Source: Centroscyllium fabricii
Lineage: Eukaryota
Direction of reading: 5' to 3'
Assembly: GCA_051313645.2 (NCBI GenBank)
Contig: JBNRSN020000003.1
Span: forward strand, 234,794,001-234,858,000
DNA: 64,000 nucleotides
Position 1 is the first letter of the stretch, and the number at the start of each line of letters is the position of its first letter. The position numbers and the translations under genes were made by a program. Of this stretch, positions 39,401-52,506 are shown in pieces. A model generated the notes under the pieces. It was not told the origin of the DNA. It did no database searches and worked only from the letters and a program-made list of their open reading frames with translations.

Positions 39401-42400
39401 AACGGGTGCACTCCCAAAGTGTACAATAAAGTAAGAAATGTGTGTTTAATAACAACCACCCCACCCCACCCCACCCCACCCGGAGTGTCAAGAATCATAA
39501 TGTACACCAAATATTTTTCTATTTTGGTATGAGGATGACAGGCTATTTATTGGAATATTATTCGTTTTCTTTACCAAAGGCAAACTGCTTAAATTATGGA
39601 AAATACATCTTTCTTACACATTAGGAGTGGAAGTTAATCAGAAAACCTAAAAATCCTTTGGCTGGACAAGTTCCATTTAGAAGGTAATTCTAAAATAAGT
39701 ATATGTATTCAGTGGTGAATCCATAAAGAGGACCAATTTCCTTAAATTTTAAATAGGTATATAATACGTGTTAATAACTTAATTTAATTTTCAATCGAGT
39801 AAGGGAGTCTAGAACCATATTGTCCTAGTCTGTGACTCAAATATGCATTTAACGTTTACTTGTATGGACTTGTAGCTAATATCATTATTAAAGTTCCCAC
39901 TGTTCAATTCATATATAGATTAAAGTCTGATCAAAAGGAAACGGGATTGAAAGTAATCTTTAATCTATAATTCTAGCTACACTAAATGTTTGTTCCAATA
40001 GATACGTGTCTGCTGATTTTGATCACGTGATTTCTAACCTGCTGAAGAGTGGGCCGCGTTTCAATCAATATCAGTGAATTTTTTTCTCATTTTCTATGAG
40101 AAACCATCGCATCTCATCTAATATATTCTATCGTGATTTATACAGATTTCTGGCAAAATAATAACTTGAACAGTTAACTTCAGGAGATAAAAAAGACCAT
40201 AATGCTCAATATTGTTCTTTCAAGTGATATTGCTGATCAAATGAATCGACAGCCTTTTAAATGATTTAAATTAAATTCTATGTTTTCTGTATGTAAAATG
40301 TCAAACACATGCACCCTTCTCTGTGAGTACGTGGGGGTGGGGGAAGGGAAACGTCTGGCCTGCGGGAAGCTAGAAGCGGGGTTTGCATTAAGAGTTGTAT
40401 GTTTGTCACTGGGGCCGAGCTGGGTTCCCTCTATATAGCTTAAAGCGAAACGTCAGACATTTCGTAGAAATGCTACGATGAAAGATAGCACCTGTAACAA
40501 TTTGAATATCGCAGTTTGTGGAAAAAGATAGCTGGTTATAGCAAAGAGTCAATCTCCAATTTGTTATATCTTTATGTATTCCAAGACAAATCCTGTTCAT
40601 ATTAAAAATATAAGTGGTGTTTTTCATTGACGTGTTTCAGTATAATAAATTAAGAAAGAAGGCATTTGGGGAAATATAAAAAAAGGTCGAAAGACTTGTA
40701 TTCTGTATGTGGAAGATGAATTTTGGAGCGAGGGATGGACGGTGGTCTAGTTCTGTTTTGAGCTCCCTCTGGAAGCAGGGAGTGAAATTGTTCCATTACT
40801 GGGTTTTTATTGCCCTCACATCTCAGGTGTTTGCACAGCTCCTCCTCTGAGCTTCTTTCACACAACTGACAGGAGACGAGAGAAAATGTGCTTTAATGGT
40901 TTTACTGGAACTGAAGTAAATTGGACCATATCTTATTGAAATAAGAGGGGCGGGGGGTCTGAACGAGCTCATTACTAAAAGCAACAAGGTGCTGGGCGCC
41001 GCCAGCAAGTAACATTCGTATTTTAGTTCTCGTAGCTTTATAATACATGTTCGGCTATCTTATCAATCACAGCAGACAACTATAGTAAGCAGAAGTTTTG
41101 TGTCACTTTATTGAAGTACTATACAATGTTTAAAAGTCTTTTTTATTCAAACAGTTTTGTTTTCTACAGATAAGCATTTTACATCTTGAAAACACTGCGG
41201 TCATTTCAGATGTATTGATGTTAACTGTTTTATTTTGTTAAACTGTCAAGATGGTTTAAAATTTCAACTCTTTTGTTCTGTTCCAATATTTCCGAGATAT
41301 TCTCCTTCTTTCTAAGTATACGTAATTGACAAGAGATTTCCCGCCATCCTCAATACAATGTGTTATTTTACAGTCCGTCTTAGCACAAGTTTGCTGAATA
41401 GAGAATGCAAAATGTTAAAACTCACAAATCCCAGCAGACGTAGTAACCACCAGAAGGAAACTACAGCCTGTCTCTCTGATACCAGTCGTGGCAACTTTAA
41501 CTCTCATAAAAGACGTGCAATGTACAGGCCCGAGTTACAGGTCTGTCACTGATCACCACAAACTTCTTAAAACAATCATTTGCAAAGTAGTTGTATTTAT
41601 TAATAATATAAATCAATACATAATTTGCCATTAGATTCTAGTTTTGCTTCTTTTCGAAGGGACACGAATAAAGATCTGGTGTTACAATACAAGCACCTTT
41701 TAGAAAGCTAACATTTATGAATACATTAACACATCTCCAACATTTTAGAGCAGCTGTCGGCTGAAGTAGAATTTAAGTCGCTTGCTACTCCTTCAATTAT
41801 TACAATCGTAAATTATTGTGATCACACCGAATTCAGCGTTCATGAGTATTTTGCATCCTATGGAATTAACGTTATCAAATTTAATGATGTATAGTAAATA
41901 ATATGCTAACTTGTTCACTTCTAAAGGACCCAGAATACTCATGAGCGCTGAATTCATATGCACTATACGACTGGCATTCTCTATTATACCAATGCGGTAT
42001 AGACGGAGTCGCACAAAAATGCCATTGACTATTCAATAGGGCCCTACTATTAATAATGATTGCCTAGTTATTATCTATCTGCATTTCTGTCTTAGCAAAG
42101 TAACTTTTATAATGTGACCGAATCCTCACGAAACACGCACTCCTTATTGGGTTAGAGATGTTTCATTGTGCAACTCATTTTGATGTGACACTTTTATATT
42201 GATGTGAGGATTCTAATACTGTACTTTACAGTGTCCATATCGCCAAGTGATTGTTATATTGCTACCGGCTTTGTGGTAAACTGACCAGAAGCAACTGTAC
42301 GTAAAATGCACAGAACGGTTCATTTCATTCACATTACAGTACCAGTACCTGTGTCTTATTAAAACAGAATTATCTATCTATCTATCTGATTGATATGCAA

Positions 42401-42899
42401 TATATGGCGAGAAGCTGAAAAGTAGGCTGTAGGGAGATAAACCATGTTTAAAATCAATATTTAATCGGTACCTGTAAGGGAATATGATTCTATTTCGCTT
42501 CATGACACATTTTCCTAAGTTAAGTCTAAACTCATAAAGATATCTTGTACAGTCTATGCAGTGCGGCTGAAATATCTGCATCAATGGAATAAGATGTAAT
42601 ACAGATCTTTGGGAAGCTGCAACACACCAGCGGCTGGCGGGCGCACCCACACACTAACATAAAATAATCAATATTTTAAAGGGTAATTGTGGCTGATGTT
42701 TGGGTCACATCAAATATATATATGTGGACTGAAACCTTTACAGACCCGGCGTTATTATCCTTACGCGCGTTTTTAGCTCAATTGCATTTGGTAAGGCAAA
42801 TGGTTGCTCAAGTCGACTTTTCTCGGACATTCTCTATTCTTAATTATTTACTTTGTGAAGCGGTCCCATATTCATTAGATCACATCAGGGTCAAGTTCT

Positions 42900-43360
42900 T
42901 ATTTATTTGTCCATCCAATTAAGTATAATTCCCAGTAATTTTGCACCTCGCGATAAATGCCCATTTAGCCTTGGGTGCATACTTTGGGATCAGTATTTAA
43001 CCCAATGAAATTATTAGCATTGGGCAATCAACTTAAAATGTAGCCCAGCCAAATGAAATGATTCCCCAGTATTTTTTTTGCTGTATGTTGTGAGTGAGTG
43101 TCTATGGTATCCCCCAGGGCCTTTTCTCCCTGCCTGCTCCCTGATTTCGTGTATAAAAGCAGCTCTGAATGATGGATTACTGTGTCATTGCAGCCTGCGA
43201 AGGATTAATTTGTTTCATTGATTTCTCTTTAGGCAGAATGCCAGGATTCGCTGCTTCCCACCTTTACAGGATACTTCCAGCAGTAATAGACGGTAATAGC
43301 CTAAGACAAATCAGCCCATTCTTGTAAAAATAGAACCACAAAGTCCAAATCCCCCAGTTG
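42900..43360. promoter_or_regulatory. Candidate conserved enhancer with Pbx-Hox and Meis motifs
   Basis: TGATGGATTA (TGATNNATKR) at 43170-43179 with TGTCA at 43183-43187, plus several TAAT/ATTA sites. Conservation is not verified. Confidence 0.45.
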
Positions 43361-46300
43361 GCTGCAAGGATGCACCTTTTCAGTGCATTCCAAGGACATT
43401 AATAAAGAAGGTTTTTTTTTGTACAGGTATTAAGATTCTTTTGTTTCTGTAAAAGCAATGAGACGAACAACTTACAAAGGCACACAACCTTTTGTAGAAA
43501 TGCTTAGTTATTGTGTAAAAAAACTTTGGAAAGTTAGACTCTTTGAAACAAGCTAGCCTTGCAAAACCTTCTATGCAAAACTGTCCACATGGATCCCACA
43601 TTGACTATTATTATTTCAATGTGGGAACTAAACTTGAATATGAAAATAAATAATGCACAGGGTAGTACTTTTTTTAAAACAGCTGCAGTAACCACAGGAA
43701 AACAAATTATCATTCAGCATTATTGCATATGCGAAGAGAGGAATAATGTCACCTCTCTATGGCATTTACTTCCACTTGTATGTAAACACAGAATGGCGGC
43801 TCCAGTTCACAGTTGTATCAATTCTCTTTTCTAAGCAGTTTTCTCCATAATTATTGAAAAATAATCACTTTTAAAAATTGCACATTAGAAATATTTTATT
43901 TAACTTGAGTAGAGTTACTAAAGAATATTTATATAAAGCAATTGTTTCTTATTTGTCCATTCAAAGATTACATATAACTATTTAATAAAATGATTTGTTC
44001 AGAAATTATTTTAAGCATGTTTGATTGATGAAGTGAGTGTGCATGTTTCTTTGAGATATGTTTTTATAAATTACAGTATAATATATTTAAAGAGCTATGC
44101 TGTATAAAGTGCAGATTAATCAGTAGATATCATTTGTCAGTTTCTATATTTTTGTAACAGTTATGTATAGGAAAATAAGTAATCTAATTGTGCGACTCCA
44201 ACAAGAACCAAAAAAAAGCATCAGATTATGACAGAAACATTTACATATATTTAAGCAGTTTTATTTATAATTGTTTTCTCTGGAGATTTTGCTAATGTGA
44301 TAATAAAATTGGAATAAATTCATTTTGGCAAGAAAATACCATTCACGCCAGTAAAGTTACATCTATTTGCAACTGAACTGCCCAGAATTACCCAAGGGTT
44401 AATTTATTTAAGCATTTCAGCTCCCAATTGCTTTTGGTATACTAAGTTCAGAGTAAACATAAAACCCTTTTTAGACTAGAAAATATTTAATTTATTTTTG
44501 TTCAGTCTTTTATTTAAAGTTAATGAAAATGTTTTAGTTGCATATCAAATCACACAGATAATAGCAAAAATCCGTCCATTTTGAATAAATTAACCATTAG
44601 GAGCACTCAAAAAGAGCTATACTGCCAACACTGAACCTGAATAAACAGTCACAAATTTTCAGTTACTTTGATCCAAGTGAAAAATATTCAGAACTTCCTC
44701 AGTATAGATAAATGAAAACAAATGCCATAAAGCCACTAATAGCTTGCAAACAAATTGGACACATTTACCAGTGGTTATAGAACTACAGTACCCTGCACTC
44801 ACTGGTTTATCTGCATCACATTCATTCTTAGCTTTTCCAAACCAGAACTTAGGTTTGAAGTTTGTTGTGTTGCTGAATTGCTAAAAACAGTATAAGTAAA
44901 AGTATTTCTGTTATGTTGCTGTTGTTAAATTTAAAAGTAACTTTAGGATTTTTATTTTTATTTAGTAATGTGTATGTAATATATAATACCAAGCTTTCAC
45001 AAAATGTAATACATTTTAAAATAACTTTATTGTCTTTAAAATTTTTAAAATTAGCTTCCTTCTGTATACCTTTATTTCCCACATCAAGTGAAGGAAGGAA
45101 AACTAAATACAAAAGGTTAAGATGGATCTATTTTTCTATGCTGGGAAATATATTATTTTATCAATACATTGATCATTACTGTAGGTTTAACCATACATCA
45201 AAATTAAATATGAACTAATATCAATAAAACTGTCATATAGTGAAACCTGAACCCGTAAAATTCTTAGGATTTGAAGAAGAAACAGCAATTCAGATCAGTG
45301 TAATGGAAGAGTAATTGAAACAAGGTTTGGTCATAATTATTGATGCTGCTGGAGGAGTTTGATAGGCAAGGCTTTAAATTTTTTCCCATCCCAGTAATGA
45401 TATCCAGAGCACAAATGGTTGAGTAGGTGCATATTTAAAATAGTAGTATTTATGGAATCTGGCTGCCTTGTAATATTGAAAGTGATGTATTTGTATCTAT
45501 CCTGCACGTATCACGATTTGCACCATTTCAGGCCCTGTCTTTTTCAAGAACAAACAACAGCTAGATTAAATTCAACAGTTCATCATAGTCCTCATCAGCC
45601 TATTTTACAAAAAAATTCTGACGAGATATTAAAACTACATTGCATCCCATATCCAAATGCTATTCTACCACCTTCAGACATTTCTGTAATATATTTGCTG
45701 TTTGATGGCCTGAATATTGGCTTGCAGAAAACAATATATTTTTCTTTTTAAAGAGCTTGTATGCATTAATAGTTGGTGAATACAAAGTGTACAATATTCA
45801 AGTTTATGGAAGTGTAAGGAAATTAGATCTTGGAACTTTCCTTCAGTTCTTGATTCAGTTTCACTGGAAGGCCTTGCGGTTATTTTTAGATGAAGAGTTT
45901 GGCACTGACTTTTTTCTCTAATTTCACTTTGCAAAGTTTTACAGAAATATGTCAGGTATCTGATCTGTATAATATTTCACAATGTTAGTGATTAACAACA
46001 GCTGTTATGGGACAATGTTTTCTGTTAGCTAATTTGGTTTATATTACATATATTTCATTAAGAAAAAAAATGTTCAATTTTTTAAGATCATCCTGTGGTA
46101 TACACCATTTGGTTGCTGACAGGGCAAACAGGCAACCTGCTCCTAAGGTTCTCCTAATGACCAAGCCCCTGAGAGGTACTCAAGAGCAGACCAAGGTGAC
46201 TTGCTCTCTGGTTCTCCCCCTCTCTCTGTGAGTGGGCACTGCCGCAAGGTACTGTCTCACTTTCACATATCCATCTATAAAAGTCTCCTTTGTTTCATTC

Positions 46301-47004
46301 AGCAATGTACCAAGGGCTTTTGTTATATTTCTCAGAATTGTCACAGAATTTCGAAGCATGAGAAATTATAAATACTAACTTCATTTATGCAACTAAATTC
46401 TGTTAAAAGTTATTTTAGCACAGTTAGAAAGCACACATTAGTAGCAGTGATGATGTCTGGCCAAACATTTTACAGGAGGTAGAAGCAATCACATCTACTG
46501 CTGGTGAAAAAAAGGTGTTACAAACTGCATTGCTCAACAACATAGCAGCACACAATTCAGGAAACTTGACAGAAGATTTTGTTTCTAAATAAAAAATGAG
46601 ATGTACATCTTTGTTGGAAATTGGGGACAGCTTTTTTAATGCTATAAGCAATATGATATTTTGTTAATTAATATAGTGCTTTAATTGCTTGAATGTGGCC
46701 TCTGACCACCAACTAAAAGTAGCTCTTAAACTAATTAAAAATCATTGACCATCTTTTGGCTCAGAAATAGAAATTTAATTTAGATTAGGCATGTTAAAGA
46801 GGCAGGACTTCTGTGTTATTTTTATCTATATATTTTTTTTTAAATGTCCCTTTCACATCACAATCAAGAACACGGCCAATTAGCTTGCTTCAGAGCTCTT
46901 ATGATGTTACTCTTGATCTAACCCCTCAGAAATGCATGACAACAGTTTAGGCTGACTAAGTTCCTCTCCATGACTTATTTTTATGTTCCTGTGTACTGCT
47001 GATA

Positions 47005-47430
47005 TTTTGTCCTCTTCCTTCACTGTGAACATGGATACAAAGTACTCATTTAGCCAGTCTACCTTGTCTTGCATGCATCTGTCTTTAATGGGCCCACATT
47101 TCCCTTTACCGTTCTCCTTCTCTTAATGTATTTATAAAAGCCTATGCTGTTAGCTTTGATATCACTTGCAAGTTTTTTTTTTCATATTCCTTTTTACACC
47201 ACTTACTACTTTCTTTGTATTCCTTTGTTGCTTTTTATAGCACTCCGAGTCCACTGGATTTCTACTTTTCCTTGCATTTGTGGAAGCATTTACTTTTAGA
47301 TTGATACTAACCCTTGCCTCATTTGTTGACCATGGGTGCTTTACTACACAAATGAAGCTTTTGCCTTTTAGGGGTATGTACTGGTTTTGTATTGTACCAA
47401 ATAATCCTTTGGATACTTCCCACTGTCTGT
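47005..47430 (-). mobile_element. Old, degenerate CR1 LINE ORF2 internal fragment
   Basis: Decayed similarity (from memory) to antisense CR1 ORF2, e.g. ccttcactgtgaacatggatacaaagtactcattta and gggcccacatttccctttaccgttctcc. No ORF remains. Confidence 0.55.
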
Positions 47431-47485
47431 AAGTATGAGCTATTTACTTCGCTTAATTAATTTCTCATCTCTTCAAAGTTAAAAT

Positions 47486-48255
47486 GGAGCGGTTTTGCAG
47501 TCAGCAGTGAATGAGCCGCTAGCCGTTCGTTACATTTGCACTTGCTCAATTACATTTTATGGACTTTTGCACCGGAATTCCTGTCAGCCAACCAGTTAAA
47601 AAGCACAGTGCCCTCTACAGGGAATCTTGGATCTGTGCGAACAGGGTAATCTACTGTGCATCATCTTAACCAATCAGATTGAAGAATCGTTAATGAACAG
47701 CGCAGAGTCTAAACCAGGAAGCATCAGTCAGAATATTGAATTTGCCAAATCAAGTACAGAAAGTGAAATAAAAAGAGGGAAAGAAAGATTGGATTAAGAG
47801 AGTGAGATAAAAGAGACAGAAAGAAAAAGTAGAATTTTTTTAATTAAAAAAAATCTCCAACAATAATTAATATCTGAAGGAATGAGACTCCACACTTGTT
47901 AATGTTAATTTTCAGTGCCAGAGAGGTTGCTTTGTAGTAATTCAGACTTGTCACACCATTAAAAGGGTACTTACACTGGGATAGACAAATCCATACTTTT
48001 TCTGTCGAGTTTAGTTCCTATATATCAGATAAGTACAGCAACGTCATGCCATTCCATGTCTTTCAATGGTGAGTCACTTGGGAAGGATACCATTGTAGCA
48101 CAGCTTTTGGAGGAGCAGGGCATCTTGGACAGCAACTTTCTGATTTATGCATTTAACTGCGCATATGCGGTCGCTGGAAGTTCTTGTCCGATTTACAGTT
48201 TAATAACGGTGAGCACTGTTAGCCTCATCATTATTTCTACCGCAAAATCTGGGCC
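47486..48255. mobile_element. Putative non-autonomous TIR DNA element (MITE-like)
   Basis: Degenerate inverted ends GGAGCGGTTTTGCAGT...ACCGCAAAATCTGGGCC. No coding capacity; CpG-richer than its flanks. Confidence 0.45.
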
Positions 48256-49519
48256 ACTATCAAATTTAATCATATTATGGTCACTATTTATAAAGAAAAA
48301 AATAAGCTTGGAGCTCTGAAGTTAATTTTCTTTATCTAGAACAACACTGGCAATTTATCTTTTGAAAACCGCTGTCATTTAAAAAAAAAAAAATTTGATT
48401 AGACATCTGTACAATCATTTCGAGAATGTTTCAAAAACAATACATACGTATGATTTTCATTGGTAATAAATAAAGCCAGCTGTGGCTTGTGAAATGGTCA
48501 CTTTGCACATTGATTAGATGTTAATGGTTTTCTAAATTTGATATAGGTAAGTAGCAATGTTTTCACTTTTCGATCACACACCTGCAGTGCATGTGGGTTA
48601 TAAGGTTTGGTGTTACGCGGTGGGGTATTTTTCATAAACCGCTTCTCATAGACATGCAACTCTATGCATTGACCCTCTAGTTATTCTGTTACTTACTTTC
48701 AGTAAAATCATATGTGGAGTAGTTATCATCCGTCAGCCAAATTGGTGCACTTTAACTTTCATTTTCTCATGCTGTTCCACCATTATTTTCATTCTGTTTC
48801 ATTTTTTCCTAACTGTGAGATTGTGGCGAGTATAATACCAGCACGGAAACCTTGATATTATGTAGCTGTGCTCACTTTGTGCAACTGAACTGAATTCTGG
48901 TGCAATGTGGAATTAATGCAATTTGTTAATTGTTGCCTTAGAGTTCTGAGACTTGTTTGTGGTTATTGTTTTGTTTGTGGTTGTTGTTTTTAGATTGTAG
49001 GTCCTTTTTGACTTTCTGATTTTATGGACGTGAATAATAGTGTTCAGTTGAAATGCAAAGCCATGCCATTGAGTGAATATGTCCACCTGACTTTTTCAGT
49101 ATTTGTAAATGCAGCTACCAGGCAAATCATCAATGTGTGCTATTGTCAAAGCTAGCTTGAAACAATCTGCTCCAAATAAAGCCTTTAGTGGACTGTGCTT
49201 CACAAAGCATGGTGTTAGTAAGGCACAGGAGCCAACAAAAGAGAATTAGGACAACTTCTTCAAATCATATAAAAGGGCTTCCACCCATACAGTACACCAG
49301 GTCTCATCTGAAGAAACTACCCAGCAGGACAGATTATCAATCCTGTAACATTTTTCTATCATAACCAGTTATCAAAATGTTGTTTCATTAATGTTTGAAT
49401 AGGCAAGGAATCTAAGATCCCTGTTCAGAAATAAAAGAGATCTAGGAACAGAAGTGTACCAGTAAAATTGATGGCGACGTAAGTGCAAGCCTTCACAAAT
49501 CCATAATTGATTTCTTCAT

Positions 49520-51940
49520 CAAGACCTCCTCCCTATTCTTTTGGCTTCGCCTTTGAACTGAGGGAATCCTCTTCCTTGGTGATTTCAACCTTCAGCTAAA
49601 TTTCCCTTGCCCCTTTCATCCAATTTCTCTGCCCCCTCTCCTTAATCAACCTTACCCTGCACATTACGTGAGACCTTACTAACTTTGAGGTTTTGATAAT
49701 TGACCAGGCCATCTTTGATCATTTCCTTGTTCCTCTCAATATTCACATCTTCCTTTTTAACCTCCAGCCATATTACCTTTGCCCTCTGCATCTGGAAAAA
49801 CATTCGCCATCAACACACTCTATAATTGCCAATTTCCTGTCTTTTTGTTATCCACCTTCCATGACACTACCACCTCTATCAACCTGCTCAACAGCTCCCT
49901 GGGGATTGTTTTTGATGTCCTCACCCTACCAGGTCATAAGAACATAAGAACACAAGATATAGGAGCAGGAATAGGCTACTTGATCCCTCGAGCCTGCTCC
50001 GCCATTCAATAAGATCATAGTTGATCTTGGACTCAAAGCCACTTCCCTGCCTGCTCCCCATAACCCTTCATTCCCATATCTTGTAAAAATCTGTCTATCT
50101 CCACCTTAAATGTATTTAATGACCCAGCCTCCATGGCTCTCTGGGGCAGAGAATTGCACAGATTTATGACCCTCTGAGAGAAGAAATTCCTCCTCCTCAG
50201 TTCTAAAAGGGCGACCCTTAATTCTGAAACTATGCCCCTGAGTTCTAGATTTCCTCTTTGCATCTACTTTATTGAGCCTCCTCAGTATCTTAAATGTTTC
50301 AATAAAATCACCTCTCATTCTTCTAAATTCCAATGAGTATAGGCCCAAACCTGCCCAACCTTTCTTCATAAGTCAATCCCCTCATCTCATGAATCAACCG
50401 TGTGAATCGTCTCTCATGGCATGTCATCCCACTGTCTGCTCGTGTACAGCTCTTAATTATGCACCCTCAAATCTGAAATTTGCAGACTTGAGGGCATCTG
50501 ATGCATTATGTGACTGCTTGTCCTCCACCAGATCTGGTTGGACTTCCTCAAGTAATAAAGTCTGTTCTGCTCCATGGTTTAATCTTCCTACTACTCCAGG
50601 ATCACCTGGTGGGTATAAACAATCCCATATTCCTCTGCTCAACAACTAACAACCCCCTATGTTGCCCTCTCTGTTCTCTCCATCCTCACCTACAACACCA
50701 AGTGCAAGGAGTTTATGGATTTTTTTGTCTCCAAGATTGTGACTGCTTGAGTACCTCCATCTCCTCCTGCTCCCTTGTCCCTGACCTCCCCATTGCTTCC
50801 CTTACCCCAGTCCATCTCATTTCATAACTTTTTCCCAATTGTCCTGCTCCCCCTACCCAACCATTACCAGGCCCATCTGGTCAACAAGAGCCTGCTGTTT
50901 CAATCCCTTCACAACAGAACTCTTGACCACACCTTTCTTTGCTCCAATGCTTGTTGACATTGTTAATAACTCCCTTTGCAGGGGCACTGTTCTCCTTCCC
51001 TTCAAAGATTTTGTCATAAACAACCTCTTCAAAAATCCATCCTTGACACTTCTGTCTGCTGCAACTATTACCTAAAATATCTTTCCTTTCTAAGATGTTT
51101 GAATGCTTTTTTTCCCAACCAGTTCCATGTTCAGGTCTCCTCAAATTACCTGTTGAATCCTTTCAGTCTGGTTTATGCCTGCTCACAGCATAGCACTGCC
51201 TAACATCCTTTATGACTGACTGTGACCACAGCATGTTATCCTTCTTATCCTCCTCCTCAACCTCTTATGGCATTTCAGACAGTTAACCACTCCACTGCCC
51301 CTCCTCCTATGTCAGCCTCCATGGGACTGTCCTCCTCCCAAAGTAGGCAGTACACATCTAGCAATAGCTTCTTCTTTTACCTTATGTGGTCATCTCGGGA
51401 ATACACCAAGTCCCCATCCTTGTCCCCCTCCTTTTCCTCTTTTACATATTGCCCTGAGTGACATTATCAATAGGTTTGGGTTCATCTTCCACATATATGC
51501 CGATGACAGTCAAGTAAACCTCTCTATCACCACCCTCGACTTTATTGACCATCACTATACTGTCAGATTGCTTATCCAACATAGGTGATGGGTAACTGTA
51601 CATTAGCAAGACTGAAGCCATCCTGTTTGGCTCCTGCCAAAAACTTTATCCGAGTCCCCATCTCCATTTCCCTCCCTGATTGTTTGCTCACTAAACCAAA
51701 AAGAATCTAACCAAAGAGTCTTGTTTGATACTGAGCTGAACTTCAAACCCATATCTTATCCATCACTTCCATCTCACAATATCACCCACTTCTGCCTTTA
51801 CCTCAACTCTACAGCTGCTTAAATTATTAACCATGCTTTAGTTATCTTTAAACTCAACTTCTCTAAATCCCTTCTAAGCTGCATCTCAAATCCATACGAC
51901 ATAAATTCATACAAAACTCCGCCACCTGCACCCACTCTCA
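49520..51940 (+). mobile_element. Degenerate L2 LINE ORF2 (endonuclease to RT), interrupted by a CR1 insertion
   Basis: LFLGDFN (GDFN at 49578-49589); decayed LLLDLSAAFDTVDH-like motif at ~51250-51290; FHIYADDSQ (YADD at 51496-51507); C-rich sense strand; many frameshifts. Confidence 0.8.
49935..50413 (-). mobile_element. 5'-truncated CR1 LINE 3' end nested in L2
   Basis: Encodes LGLYSLEFRRMRGDFIETFKIL and RRNFFSQRVINLCNSLPQRAMEA (frameshifted); (TTCTTATG)n tail at 49935-49950. Confidence 0.92.
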
Positions 51941-52125
51941 CTAAGGCTCCAGCTTTAATTCTACTTCCTATTTTCTAATAACAATTCTGAAGCCCCAAAA
52001 CTGTAACATAACTGGCATATTACTTTATGCCAACTTCTGCCTTGTTGTTAGGGTTAAAATACTTTAAGGCAAGTTTGGCTCACTAATAAGCCAATGGAGA
52101 AGAGATAGTACGAAACCTCTCGATA

Positions 52126-52506
52126 GGTGTCAGCCTTGGCTCAATGGTAGCAGTACCGAGGGAGTGCTGCACCGTTGGAGGTGCCGTCTTTTGGATCAGT
52201 CATTAAACCGAGGTCCTGTCTGTCCTTTCAGGTGGACATAAAAGAGCCCATGGCAATAGTCGAAGAAAAGCCGCGGAGTTCTCACAGAGTTCTGACCAAC
52301 ATTTAACCCTCAGCCAACATGTTGTTACCTAAAACAGATGATCTGGTCATTTATTTCCTTGTTGTCTGTGGGAGCTTGTTGTGTGCAAATTGGCTACCGC
52401 ATTTCCTACATCACAACTGTGACTTGTAAAGTGCTATATCGGCTGTGAAGCACTTCAGGACATCTTAAGATCATGAAAGGTGCTTTATGAAAGCAAGTCT
52501 TTCTTA
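52126..52506 (+). mobile_element. DeuSINE (SacSINE1/AmnSINE1-like) with a deleted B-box region
   Basis: tRNA-like A box TGGCTCAATGG; Deu-domain-like gggagtgctgcac..ggaggtgccgtcttt..ttaaaccgagg..caggtggacataaaaga..cccatggca; 3' tail tgaaaggtgctttatgaaagcaagtcttt. Confidence 0.85.

Noticed and set aside
52126-52160. tRNA gene
   Set aside because: Only the A-box head of a SINE; no B box or cloverleaf.
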